DNA of 64,000 nt from Akkermansia muciniphila (GTDB lineage: Bacteria; Verrucomicrobiota; Verrucomicrobiia; Verrucomicrobiales; Verrucomicrobiaceae). The stretch lies in contig CALSBJ010000031.1 of the NCBI GenBank assembly GCA_943373155.1, forward strand, positions 3 to 64,002, given 5' to 3'. Position 1 is the first letter of the stretch. Every line of letters starts with the position of its first letter. Below the pieces are notes generated by a model. The model had not been told where the DNA came from. It was given only the letters and a program-made list of their open reading frames with translations, and made no database searches. Position numbers and translations under genes: made by a program. Positions 1 through 8,736 of the stretch are shown in pieces.

Positions 1-598
1 GCGCGGTGAGCTCGCGAAGTCGGGCGCTGGTGAAGTAGAGGCGCGGAAAGCGGATGTCGCTCACCGGATTGGTGGGCGCGAGGGGATGTAGGCGCTTGCG
101 ACGGCCGCCGAGTGTCCACAGCAGTCGCTGGGCCTGCGAGGCGAGCGAGCCTTCGCGGCGGTTCCACCAGTCGAGCCAGACATCCGCCTTGAGGCTGCGC
201 AGGATCCAGTGATCGCTCACATCATAGACGACCCGCACTTGCAGTTGCTGAAGCGTGAGGCAGAGCGACTTCGAGAGGCCGTTCATGCACCAGACGTGGA
301 CGACATCCGGTTTGAAGGCGGCGATCTCGTCGCGCAGGGTTTCGTTGTTGTGCGTTTCGAGGTGCTGGAGTTGGCCCAGCGGCAGCCAGGGATGGCCGTA
401 GTAGCCGTGGATGCGCAGCTTGCGATGCACATGCGGCTGGTCTTTCGGTGCGGAAGAGGTGTCGAGGCCGTGATCGCTGGTAAGCACCCGCACCTCATGT
501 CCGCGCTGCCGCAGTGCCTCGGTGATCGCGGCGCAGCGGAGTTCATAACCGCCGACGTAAAAGGGCGGGTAGAGATTGGTGAGCGTGAGGATGCGCAT
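1..598 (-). CDS. Glycosyltransferase family 4, N-terminal part (C-terminal remainder lies beyond the window edge)
   Basis: Absent from the ORF track because it runs off the window. My reverse-strand translation from ATG 598..596 reads MRILTLTNLYPPFYVGGYELRCAAITEALRQRGHEVRVLTSDHG..., a typical GT4 N-terminal domain. The frame stays open to position 1. Confidence 0.75.
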   Translation of the reverse strand, partial: MRILTLTNLYPPFYVGGYELRCAAITEALRQRGHEVRVLTSDHGLDTSSAPKDQPHVHRKLRIHGYYGHPWLPLGQLQHLETHNNETLRDEIAAFKPDVVHVWCMNGLSKSLCLTLQQLQVRVVYDVSDHWILRSLKADVWLDWWNRREGSLASQAQRLLWTLGGRRKRLHPLAPTNPVSDIRFPRLYFTSARLRELTA

Positions 599-654
599 GG
601 GAGTGGGTTGCGCCTGATGTTCAAGGCGGGTGAGGGGGCTGTCAGTCCCCGCAA

Positions 655-2583
655 GTGCGGGTCTTTGGAAGCTGCCCCCGCATTTGGGGGGAGGATCGAA
701 GAGCAGCGAAAAATCAAATTCCGTGTATCATTCCGCTCGTCGCATTTCTGCTCGTGCCTGCCCACCGCCCTCACCACCCTCCTGAAGTCACCAACCGCCC
801 TCATTGGTTGTCCTGGCACCCCGCCTTTGTCGGGGGGGCGACGTTTGCGCTCGTCATCGTGCCGCTGCTCATGGCGGTGTGGAACATGCACTCGCAGGCC
901 GACCTCATTTTGAAGCTTTCGATCCAGGAGCAGCTCCTCAGCGCCGCGAGGGTACTGGCACATGCGGTGGATGCGGAGGCACTTCAGCAGCTCAAAGACT
1001 CCTCCCAGGAAAACGGCGCTGAGTATGGGCGACTGGTGAAACAAATGGAGAAGGCGAGGGACGCGATCGACCCGGTGCGCATGATCAAATTCACCTACAC
1101 CTGCATGCTCGATGGCGATCAGGTGCGCTTCGTGCTCGATACCACGCCTTCCGGCGATGCCGATCACGATGGCCGAGATGACAAAGCGCACCTTATGGAG
1201 CTTTACGAGCATCCCAGCCCCACGCTGCGTCGCGTGCTGGAGATCGGCGTGCCCAAGGTGGATCAACAGCCTTACTCCGACCGCTGGGGCACCTTCTTGA
1301 GCGCCTATGCGCCGATCTTTGACGGCCAACGCCGGCTGGTGGGAGCAGCGGGGGTGGACATTTCCCTCGAAGACTTCGAACTGCAACGCTCCGGCCTGCG
1401 CCATGTGGCCTCGCTCAGCGCCTTGGGCGTGCTTTTCCTCGCCTATCTGGCTGGTCATGGCATGGCGGGCTATCACCGTCGCCTGAAAAGCTCCATCGAA
1501 AGCCTCATGAAAGCCAATCAGGCCGCGATGACGGCGGAGCGGGTGAAGGCGGATTTCTTGGGTGCGATGAGTCATGAACTGCGCACGCCTTTGAACGCCG
1601 TGCTTGGCATGACGGAGATGCTTTCGCAGACGTCCCTCGAACCCTCTCAGCGCGAAATGGTGACCACGGTGCAGCGTTCCGGTGAGTCACTGCTCGCCAC
1701 GCTGACGAGCATTCTGGAGTTCACCCAGCTCGATCCGGACCGTTCGCAGGTGAAGGCGGAGGAGACCAACCTCGCCGCGCTGCTGCAGGAGATTCACAAG
1801 CATCACGAGCCCGCGCTGCGCGAAAAAGGCCTGCAAGTGGTGCACAAGACTGCCGCGGAGTGCCCGGGAATCTTCACCGCTCAAACGGCGTTTCTTCGCC
1901 AGGTGCTCTCGCAGCTTCTCTCGAATGCGATCAAGTTCACCGATGCCGGCGGCATCGAGATTCGCGTGCGGGCCACGCCGCATGAAGCGGGTGGCGGGCT
2001 GCTGCACTTTGAGGTGCAGGATACGGGCATCGGCATCGCCGGGCATGATGCGCAGCGCTTGTTTGAACCGCTTTTCCAGGCCGATGGCAGCACCACGCGT
2101 CGTCACGGCGGCACCGGCATGGGCCTGGCGCTCTGCAAACGTCTCTGCGATTCAATGAAGGCCCGCATCTGGGCGGAATCGAAGCCAGGCCAAGGCAGCA
2201 CCTTTCACGTCGAAGTGCCGGTGGAAGCCTTCCGCAGCATCCAAGTGGTCACCGGCCCTTTCGCGTTGGTTTGGACCGATGACTCGATGACACGCATGCT
2301 CGTCTCACGTGTGATTGCGAAGACAGGTGCCACTGTTGAGACCGTCAATTCATTCGATGAGCTGAAAAACCACGCCAAGCTCACCGAGTCCGCGTTTTTG
2401 GTCATCGATGCCCACGAAGCACCGGCGGAAGTCGTGGCGGAGATTCGGCGTCTCGCCACGCAGGCACGTTTGATCGTCATTCACGGCCAGATAGAGCCGA
2501 AAAGCCATCCGGCGGCCGACGTGATCGTGCCTGCTCCCGTCAAGCCTGCCGACCTCCGGAAGGCGCTGGAGGCTTCAAGCTGA
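655..2583 (+). CDS. Membrane sensor histidine kinase with a sensor domain between two TM segments and a C-terminal receiver-like domain
   Basis: H-box FLGAMSHELRTPLNAVLGM; N-box LLSNAIKFT; G1 DTGIGI; G2 GGTGMGLALC. C-terminal segment LVWTDD...FLVIDAH...VKPADL resembles REC. Start is uncertain: ATG 655 or an in-frame TTG at 808 just before the first TM. Confidence 0.85.
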   Translation: MRVFGSCPRIWGEDRRAAKNQIPCIIPLVAFLLVPAHRPHHPPEVTNRPHWLSWHPAFVGGATFALVIVPLLMAVWNMHSQADLILKLSIQEQLLSAARVLAHAVDAEALQQLKDSSQENGAEYGRLVKQMEKARDAIDPVRMIKFTYTCMLDGDQVRFVLDTTPSGDADHDGRDDKAHLMELYEHPSPTLRRVLEIGVPKVDQQPYSDRWGTFLSAYAPIFDGQRRLVGAAGVDISLEDFELQRSGLRHVASLSALGVLFLAYLAGHGMAGYHRRLKSSIESLMKANQAAMTAERVKADFLGAMSHELRTPLNAVLGMTEMLSQTSLEPSQREMVTTVQRSGESLLATLTSILEFTQLDPDRSQVKAEETNLAALLQEIHKHHEPALREKGLQVVHKTAAECPGIFTAQTAFLRQVLSQLLSNAIKFTDAGGIEIRVRATPHEAGGGLLHFEVQDTGIGIAGHDAQRLFEPLFQADGSTTRRHGGTGMGLALCKRLCDSMKARIWAESKPGQGSTFHVEVPVEAFRSIQVVTGPFALVWTDDSMTRMLVSRVIAKTGATVETVNSFDELKNHAKLTESAFLVIDAHEAPAEVVAEIRRLATQARLIVIHGQIEPKSHPAADVIVPAPVKPADLRKALEASS

Positions 2584-3423
2584 TTGAAAGCCCGCGAATT
2601 TGCCGAGACGCTGATTCCAGCGGATGCGCAAGGCGTGGAGGAACTCGGGAAGGCGTTTGTGGCGGGCACACCAGCGCAGGTCATGCCGCGCATCGCTCAG
2701 CACGCCGAGCAGCACGGTTTTGAGCCAGCGACGGTCCTCGGCGGTGATGCTGCCGGCCTGGGCAAAGGCGCGGGCATCGCCGTGAGCGCGTTTGCGGGCC
2801 TGAGCAGGGGTGTAGTTGTGGCTGTGCATCGCGACGGAGTCGGAGACGTAGTGGATCTCGTAGCCGCGGGACTTGCACCAGCGGGTGTACTCGTCGTCCT
2901 CGGCGTATTGCAAATCCTCGCGGAAGCCGCGCAAGGCCCAGACATCCTTGCGCAGGCCGCTGCTGACCATGCTAAAGAAATGGTCCCATTTCGCCGACTC
3001 GCGTTCCGGACCGAAGCAGCGGTCGTAATCGCAGGCGAAGACGGCCTCGCAGTCGAGTCGCGGAATCTGGCGGCTGAAGCAGGCGGCCACTTTTTCATCG
3101 AGCAAGGCTTCGGCGAGCGGGCGCAGCCAGTTCGGACCTTGCGGCGTGGCATCGGCATTTAGGAAAAGCACGCGGTCTGACTTCGCGAGGCGCATGCCGT
3201 GGTTCATCACGCGGCTGGGATTGTACTCCTGCGGTGTGATCTGGATGAAATGCGCCGGTTTGGCCGCGCGGAGCAGGTCCTGTGAGCCATCGGTGCTGCC
3301 GCTGTCGATGACGATGAGTTCGAAGTTACGGTCGTTCTGCGCCGCAAGAGCCGGAAGCGTTTCCTTCAGCGCCCAGGCCTCGTTGTAGGAGCGCATGACG
3401 ATGCTGACGAGAGGTTCGCTCAT
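2575..3423 (-). CDS. Glycosyltransferase family 2
   Basis: MSEPLVSIVMRSYNEAWALKETLPALAAQNDRNFELIVIDSGSTDGS is a GT2 N-terminal signature. Start re-picked at 3423, which forms an ATGA overlap with the upstream stop. The 3' end overlaps the convergent kinase gene by 9 nt. Confidence 0.85.
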   Translation of the reverse strand: MSEPLVSIVMRSYNEAWALKETLPALAAQNDRNFELIVIDSGSTDGSQDLLRAAKPAHFIQITPQEYNPSRVMNHGMRLAKSDRVLFLNADATPQGPNWLRPLAEALLDEKVAACFSRQIPRLDCEAVFACDYDRCFGPERESAKWDHFFSMVSSGLRKDVWALRGFREDLQYAEDDEYTRWCKSRGYEIHYVSDSVAMHSHNYTPAQARKRAHGDARAFAQAGSITAEDRRWLKTVLLGVLSDARHDLRWCARHKRLPEFLHALRIRWNQRLGKFAGFQSA

Positions 3424-4706
3424 GAGTTCGTGTAGCTGGGCTTTGGAAGAAGAACGGCAGAACGCGGGCGATGTGCGGTGGAGCAAAGCGCGTCGTAAAC
3501 TTTGGCGACGCGTCCGGCGATGGTGGGCACGTCATACTTGGCCAGCACCTCGGCGAGGGCTTCTTGACGAAGATGGCGATGAAGCGCCTCATCGTTGAAA
3601 ACGGCGTCGATGGCCTGGTGGTAGGTGGCGGGCACGTTGAGGTCGTAGAGCAAACCGGTGCGGCCATGCTCGATAAGTGTGAGCGGGCCGGAGGTGCGGG
3701 TGGAGAGCACCGGCGTGCCCGCAGCCCAGGCTTCGAGGATGACGATGCCAAACGGCTCCGCGGTGGAGCTGAGCACAAAGCAGCGTGCTTGCTGAATGAG
3801 GCCGATGAGTTCTGGCGAGCCGGATTCGAGGCCGCCAGTGAGCAGCACGTCGTTCTCCAATCCCAGCCGCGCGATCTCGCGATGCAGCTCCTCGACGACT
3901 TCTTTGGTCGTGCCGGCACCGATGAGCACGAGCATGGCTTTGGGATGACGGCGTTTCACTTCAGGAAGCTGGCGCACGAGCCAGGGAAGATTCTTCGCGG
4001 GGTCGAGGCGGGCCACTTTGACGATGACCTCGCGTCCGGCGATCTGAGGAAAGGCCTTCAAGGCGGCTTCGCGATGATCCACGGCATACTGAGCTGCTGG
4101 CACGCTGTGCGGCTGCACGATGATGCGCTGTCGCGGATACTTCTTCTGGAGCAATTCGGCTTCACGCGGGTTGCAGGTGAAGATGGCATCCGTGAGTTCC
4201 AGCACACGGCGGCTTTGCACGAGAGCTCCGAGGGCTTTTCCCCATTCCAAACCACCGCGAAGAGGCGCGGTGAGTTTTTGGCTGACTTCCGCAGGCACAT
4301 CGAGAGCGCCGCCATGCAGCGTGATGACGTGCGGGATCTTTTTCCAGCGGGCCACGCGGAGGCCGATGCCCGCGATGCGGTTCAAAGCATGGCTGTGGAT
4401 CACGTCCGCCTTGTCACGCAGCAGATGCGGGAGGAGGTCGAAGGAGAACAAATTGCCTCCCCAGGAGATGAGTTCCTCACGTTGACGCTGGCTGATACCG
4501 AGCACGGGCACGAAGGCGTTGTAACGTCTGACGGGGGTGCCGGTGAAGCGGATCGGATCGGTGGAGAAGGGCATCGAATGACGCGGCGCATGCACGGAGG
4601 AGGTGATGTCGTGCGCTTGCAGACCCTGGATGAGGCGAAGCACGGCGGTCTCGGTGCCGCCCCATTGAGCCGGTTCGTATTTGCGGAGGATGTGAGCGAT
4701 ATGCAT
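3420..4706 (-). CDS. Glycosyltransferase family 4 (GT-B)
   Basis: MHIAHILRKYEPAQWGGTETAVLRL N-terminus. C-terminal pattern VLSSTAEPFGIVILEAWAAGTPVLSTRTSG is typical of Glycos_transf_1. Confidence 0.85.
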   Translation of the reverse strand: MHIAHILRKYEPAQWGGTETAVLRLIQGLQAHDITSSVHAPRHSMPFSTDPIRFTGTPVRRYNAFVPVLGISQRQREELISWGGNLFSFDLLPHLLRDKADVIHSHALNRIAGIGLRVARWKKIPHVITLHGGALDVPAEVSQKLTAPLRGGLEWGKALGALVQSRRVLELTDAIFTCNPREAELLQKKYPRQRIIVQPHSVPAAQYAVDHREAALKAFPQIAGREVIVKVARLDPAKNLPWLVRQLPEVKRRHPKAMLVLIGAGTTKEVVEELHREIARLGLENDVLLTGGLESGSPELIGLIQQARCFVLSSTAEPFGIVILEAWAAGTPVLSTRTSGPLTLIEHGRTGLLYDLNVPATYHQAIDAVFNDEALHRHLRQEALAEVLAKYDVPTIAGRVAKVYDALCSTAHRPRSAVLLPKPSYTNS

Positions 4707-4715
4707 GAGCGGTGA

Positions 4716-6275
4716 TCAGGCGGTGGCGAGGATGGGACGGGAGGCTTTTTTGAAGAAGTGGGCGCGGATGGCCTGGCGCTCTTCCGAAGCCAAGGCGGCA
4801 TGCCAGAGGGCGATGAGCGTGACGACGGCGGCGATGCCTCCTGCGCAGAGGGTTTGCACCCAGGGACGACCTGCGAATGCCTCCACATTCGGCGCGGCGG
4901 CAAAGATGGCCACGGCGGGCAGGCAGCAGAGCGCGGGGGCGAGCACCGTTTCACGCAGCAGGGCCAGCGGCGGCTTGCCGATGTCGCGTGCCATCCAGGG
5001 CCAGAGTTTGCACCAGCCAAAGTAGAGCGTGGGAATGAGCGAGCCGATGGTGACGGCCACCACGCTGCGGAAGGTAAGCACGAGGGCGATGCTGAGCACG
5101 AGATTCGCCACGGCCTCGGCGACACCGAGCCACATCAGGCGACGCTCATGGCCGCTCATCATGTAGATGCGCTTGCTGACGCTGTGCGTGAGCGTGGAGG
5201 TGTAGAACCAGAACAGCAGCACCTGCGCCACGAGCCAGGTTTCGTGCGGGATCTCCGTCTCGCCGGTGAGCAACTTCAGCATGGTCTGCATTTCAAAGGC
5301 GCAGAAAACATACAGTGGTGTGGAGATCAGAGCGCTCCAGCGGGTGCCTCGGTGAAGGAGGTCGCGCAGCGAATCATGGTCGCCACTCGCATGAAGATGC
5401 GCCGCGGCGGGCGAGAGCGTGTCCTGGAGCTGTTTCGTGAATTGCGCAAAGATCTCTGCCACTTTGGCACCTGCCTGGTAGATGGCGATGGCGCCCACGG
5501 AGAGTGTGGCACCGAGCACGAGCTGGTCGGTCTTGCCGAGGACGATGTTCGTGGCGGTGGTGATGTAGGCAAAGATGGAGAAGGCCATCGTCTCCCGCAT
5601 GATGCCGCGGGAGAAGAGTCGCGGACTCAGCCGCACCTCGGGCATCTTTTGCAGGGCAAAGAAGGCGCTCACAAAGTCCGGCGCGAGGGTGAAGAACAGC
5701 GCCGTGATCATGATGCTCATGAAGCCCCAGTCATGCCACACGGCCCAGGTAATCACGCCGAGGCGCAGCAGCATGGCGAGGGTGGTGATGTTGTTTGCCA
5801 GGCTGATGCGCTGCTGGCCGCGGAGGATCTCTGGGAAGATTCCGAGCGGAAACGCCAGCCCGATGGCGGCGAAAAAGACAATCAAGGCCACGCGAAACTC
5901 ATCGTGATGCGCCGGAGACACATCAAACAACCGCACGAGGTGATGCGAGCCGAGTGTGACAACCAAGGCAAGCACCACGGCCACGGCGAGATAGAAGAAC
6001 AGGATGGTGCTGAGCACGCGGCTGAGCTGCGGCCAGTCTTTCGTCACCGACAGCTCGGCCACGCGTTTTTGCGCGGCAAAGCCGAAGCCGAAATCGAGCA
6101 GGATGCCATAGCCAAACACGCTCCAGAGCAGCGACCAGAAGCCGAAGGCCTCCTTGTTCAGATGCTGATAAAGTAGGCGGAAGGTCAACAGGCCCACGAT
6201 GATGCCAACGAAGGTGCGGAGGTAGTTGGAGAGCGCATTGCTCCAGATGCGTCGTTGGATATCGGCATAGGTCAT
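4716..6275 (-). CDS. MOP-superfamily polysaccharide flippase (Wzx-like)
   Basis: Polytopic membrane protein of about 519 aa with many predicted TM helices. The N-terminus IWSNALSNYLRTFVGIIVGLLTFRLL is typical of polysaccharide-biosynthesis (Polysacc_synt) proteins. Start re-picked at MTYADIQ (6275). Confidence 0.75.
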   Translation of the reverse strand: MTYADIQRRIWSNALSNYLRTFVGIIVGLLTFRLLYQHLNKEAFGFWSLLWSVFGYGILLDFGFGFAAQKRVAELSVTKDWPQLSRVLSTILFFYLAVAVVLALVVTLGSHHLVRLFDVSPAHHDEFRVALIVFFAAIGLAFPLGIFPEILRGQQRISLANNITTLAMLLRLGVITWAVWHDWGFMSIMITALFFTLAPDFVSAFFALQKMPEVRLSPRLFSRGIMRETMAFSIFAYITTATNIVLGKTDQLVLGATLSVGAIAIYQAGAKVAEIFAQFTKQLQDTLSPAAAHLHASGDHDSLRDLLHRGTRWSALISTPLYVFCAFEMQTMLKLLTGETEIPHETWLVAQVLLFWFYTSTLTHSVSKRIYMMSGHERRLMWLGVAEAVANLVLSIALVLTFRSVVAVTIGSLIPTLYFGWCKLWPWMARDIGKPPLALLRETVLAPALCCLPAVAIFAAAPNVEAFAGRPWVQTLCAGGIAAVVTLIALWHAALASEERQAIRAHFFKKASRPILATA

Positions 6276-6411
6276 GGATGCCGAAAGTGTGCCGCCGAGC
6301 CTCCTCGGGAACAATCCCCCCAGGTGGGTGGTGATGAGTGAAAACAATCGGGGCCGGAAGACTCCCATCTTCCGGCCCCTGCCACACCAACACTAACACG
6401 AAAAAATAGTC

Positions 6412-7134
6412 TCAGCGCATGAAGAGCCAGGTGTTCTCCTCCACGGCGCGGGTGTGGAAGCCGAGGAAATGGATTTGATCGATGACACGCTTCGTGGCTT
6501 CCTCGCCGACGATGCCGGGATGCAGCTCGATGATGATGCGGGTCACGCTGAGCGGGATTTGAGCGAGATCGAGGTGCGTCTCCGCGCCCTCGATGTCGCA
6601 AATCAGGGCCGTGGGAGGTTCTGGCATGCGCTGGACGATGCTGGGAAAGCTCAGTGAGGACACGGTGATGTGCTTTGAGGACTCGCTGGAGGTGACGATG
6701 CTGTTCTCCCAGAACTCACCACCGATGTCGAGGCTGATCTGGCCGTCCTGGGCCGAAGCGGCGGCCTCGATGACATTCGGGTTGAGCTTGTTGAGCTCGT
6801 AGTTGCGTTTCAGCATGACGAGTGTGTTGGGGTTCGGCTCGACGGTGATGTGATGCTTCACACCGATCACTTTGCGGCAAAACAAGCCAATGAAGCCGAT
6901 GGCACCGCCGAGTTCGAGCACGACATCTTTTTTCGTGAGGCAGCGCTGCACGAGGCGGCGCTCCTGGAATTCGTAGCGGCCTTCGAGGATGTGATTTTTC
7001 ATCAGCGGCGACAGGCTGCTGATGTCGAGTTCGATGCCATGGAGGCTGGCACGGCGTTTCGCGGGTAGCGTGACCTTGAAATGCCAGCGGGTGAGGAAGG
7101 ACTGGAGGAAGCGTGGGAGGGCGAGGGTGCTCAT
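6412..7134 (-). CDS. FkbM-family SAM-dependent methyltransferase
   Basis: VLELGGAIGFIGLFC (SAM-binding glycine loop) and ALICDIEGAETHL (FkbM-type xDxEGxE motif). Confidence 0.7.
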   Translation of the reverse strand: MSTLALPRFLQSFLTRWHFKVTLPAKRRASLHGIELDISSLSPLMKNHILEGRYEFQERRLVQRCLTKKDVVLELGGAIGFIGLFCRKVIGVKHHITVEPNPNTLVMLKRNYELNKLNPNVIEAAASAQDGQISLDIGGEFWENSIVTSSESSKHITVSSLSFPSIVQRMPEPPTALICDIEGAETHLDLAQIPLSVTRIIIELHPGIVGEEATKRVIDQIHFLGFHTRAVEENTWLFMR

Positions 7135-7151
7135 GGGAGTGGAGTGGAGGT

Positions 7152-8339
7152 TCAGGCGGCGAGGGCAAAGGAGGCAGTGATGGGCTGGCGGCGGGCGTGG
7201 ACGGCATCGAGCATCAGGCGGTGAATATGCGGGATGTGCGTGACATCGGCGGGCACATCCGGTGTGCTGCTGAAGAGCGTGGCAAAGCTCTGCGGATCAT
7301 CCGGATGATAGCCATGCATGGCGGTGATCGGCCGCTCGCCCATGTGGCTGGGCACGATGAGGCATCCCTCACGCACGAGGAAGATCAGCTCGCCAAAGCG
7401 TCCATCCTCGAAGTGAGCGCGGAGCTGCTTGAGCTCGTCGACCGGCATGATGCGGCCCTGCGGAACGTTTTCGAGCGCGGCGGTGATGCGGCGGCGGGCG
7501 TTGTCATTCATGAACCAGAAGCGGGCCATGGTGCTGTCATAGACAACGTTGTAATCCTTCTCGATGCGCAGCCCGAGGGCGTCGATGACGCGAACGAGGT
7601 CAAGATGCTCGTCGCAGTTCGCCATGCCGTGATCGCTGAAGACATGCAGGGTGACGTTCCGGTAGTGCTGGCGGGCGGTTTGCAGCGTCTGCGTGATCCA
7701 GGTCTCGTATTCGGCGAGCTTGGTGTCGATCTCCGGCGATTGATTGCCGACGCGGTGAAGCAGCCCGTCGAGCCCGGCCCAGTATTGAAAGGCGAAGTCG
7801 ATGCGCTCGGAGGTGATTTCGGCGTTTAAGTGGTCGCGATTGGTCGCTTCGGGCACATTGGGGTTGGTGACGAAGTAAGGCACCTGGGCGGCTTCGAGCT
7901 GGTCGAAGATGTTTTCGCCCTGATTCATGCCTTTGGGCTTCAGCGGGCTCTTTTTCTCCGTGAAGTCGTAGAGGTGGATGCGCTGAAACGGGATGTTGTA
8001 GAGGTCAAAGTAGCCTTGAAAGCCGAGGTAACGTTTCACGAGCTTCGTGAGCCAGCGGCGCACGATGCGGCGGCTGGTGAAGGCCTTGGGAAAAAAACGC
8101 AGCCAGCGCAGCGCGGCGAAAGGTGAGTTTTTTGGATCGTGGATGAAGTAGCACCAGTTGTGATGCTCATCCGGCCAGCGACCGCTGAGGATGCTGGGCA
8201 CGCAGGTGCTGCTGTAGCCAAAGACGCTCGTGAGCCTCCGCCGGTGCGGCGCGGCCTGGGCGAGGAAGTGAGGACGTGTTTGGATGATCTCCCACCCGCA
8301 GGCGTCGATCATGATGAAGAGGTCGAGCTGGTCTTTCAT
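7152..8339 (-). CDS. Alkaline-phosphatase superfamily enzyme (type I phosphodiesterase / nucleotide pyrophosphatase-like)
   Basis: LFIMIDACGWE (metal Asp), FGYSSTCVPSILSGRWPDEH (NPP-type Thr nucleophile region), HVFSDHGM and AMHGYHPDDP. Start re-picked at MKDQLDLF (8339), downstream of the upstream stop at 8350. Confidence 0.7.
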   Translation of the reverse strand: MKDQLDLFIMIDACGWEIIQTRPHFLAQAAPHRRRLTSVFGYSSTCVPSILSGRWPDEHHNWCYFIHDPKNSPFAALRWLRFFPKAFTSRRIVRRWLTKLVKRYLGFQGYFDLYNIPFQRIHLYDFTEKKSPLKPKGMNQGENIFDQLEAAQVPYFVTNPNVPEATNRDHLNAEITSERIDFAFQYWAGLDGLLHRVGNQSPEIDTKLAEYETWITQTLQTARQHYRNVTLHVFSDHGMANCDEHLDLVRVIDALGLRIEKDYNVVYDSTMARFWFMNDNARRRITAALENVPQGRIMPVDELKQLRAHFEDGRFGELIFLVREGCLIVPSHMGERPITAMHGYHPDDPQSFATLFSSTPDVPADVTHIPHIHRLMLDAVHARRQPITASFALAA

Positions 8340-8349
8340 GGCGGTGTAT

Positions 8350-8736
8350 TCAGGCACTGAGGACGGGCTCCAGCAGGCGCTGGATCTCCTTGCGCAGTTG
8401 GGAGGGACTGAAGGGCTTGGTGACAAAGAGCGCGGCATTTTCAAAGCCTTGAAACTGACCGAGAGCGAGCTGGCCGCGGGCGCTGAAGATGACGACGGGG
8501 ATGTCTTGGGTGTCAGGATTCGATTTCAGCTCAGCGAGAGCTTCTTTCCCATCCATGACGGGCATGATGTGGTCGAGCAGGATGACGCAGGGTTTCTCAC
8601 GGCGGGCGATATCCAGTGCCTGGCGGCCATCGGTGGCGGTGAGAACGCGGCGGCCGAGCGGCTGCATGGTGAGCTCAGCCACGCGGCGGATATGCGGCTC
8701 GTCATCGACGATGAGAATGGGGCTATCGGCTGGCAT
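8350..8736 (-). CDS. Single-domain CheY-like response regulator receiver
   Basis: PILIVDDEPHIRRV...VILLDHIMPVMDGKEALAELK...IPVVIFSA...FVTKPFSPSQL is a canonical REC fold signature. Start re-picked at MPADSP (8736); it could be 8775. Confidence 0.85.
   Translation of the reverse strand: MPADSPILIVDDEPHIRRVAELTMQPLGRRVLTATDGRQALDIARREKPCVILLDHIMPVMDGKEALAELKSNPDTQDIPVVIFSARGQLALGQFQGFENAALFVTKPFSPSQLRKEIQRLLEPVLSA

Noticed and set aside
283-1575. 430-aa minus-strand ORF overlapping the GT4 fragment and the histidine kinase
   Set aside because: It is antisense or off-frame to two ORFs with clear family motifs. Its Arg/His/Ala/Pro-rich composition is typical of shadow ORFs in GC-rich DNA.
3471-6176. 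Long plus-strand ORFs (414 aa at 3471..4715 and 472 aa at 4758..6176)
   Set aside because: They are antisense shadows of the GT4 and Wzx genes. They are Gly/Arg/His/Glu-rich with no motifs, while the minus-strand frames carry recognisable domains.
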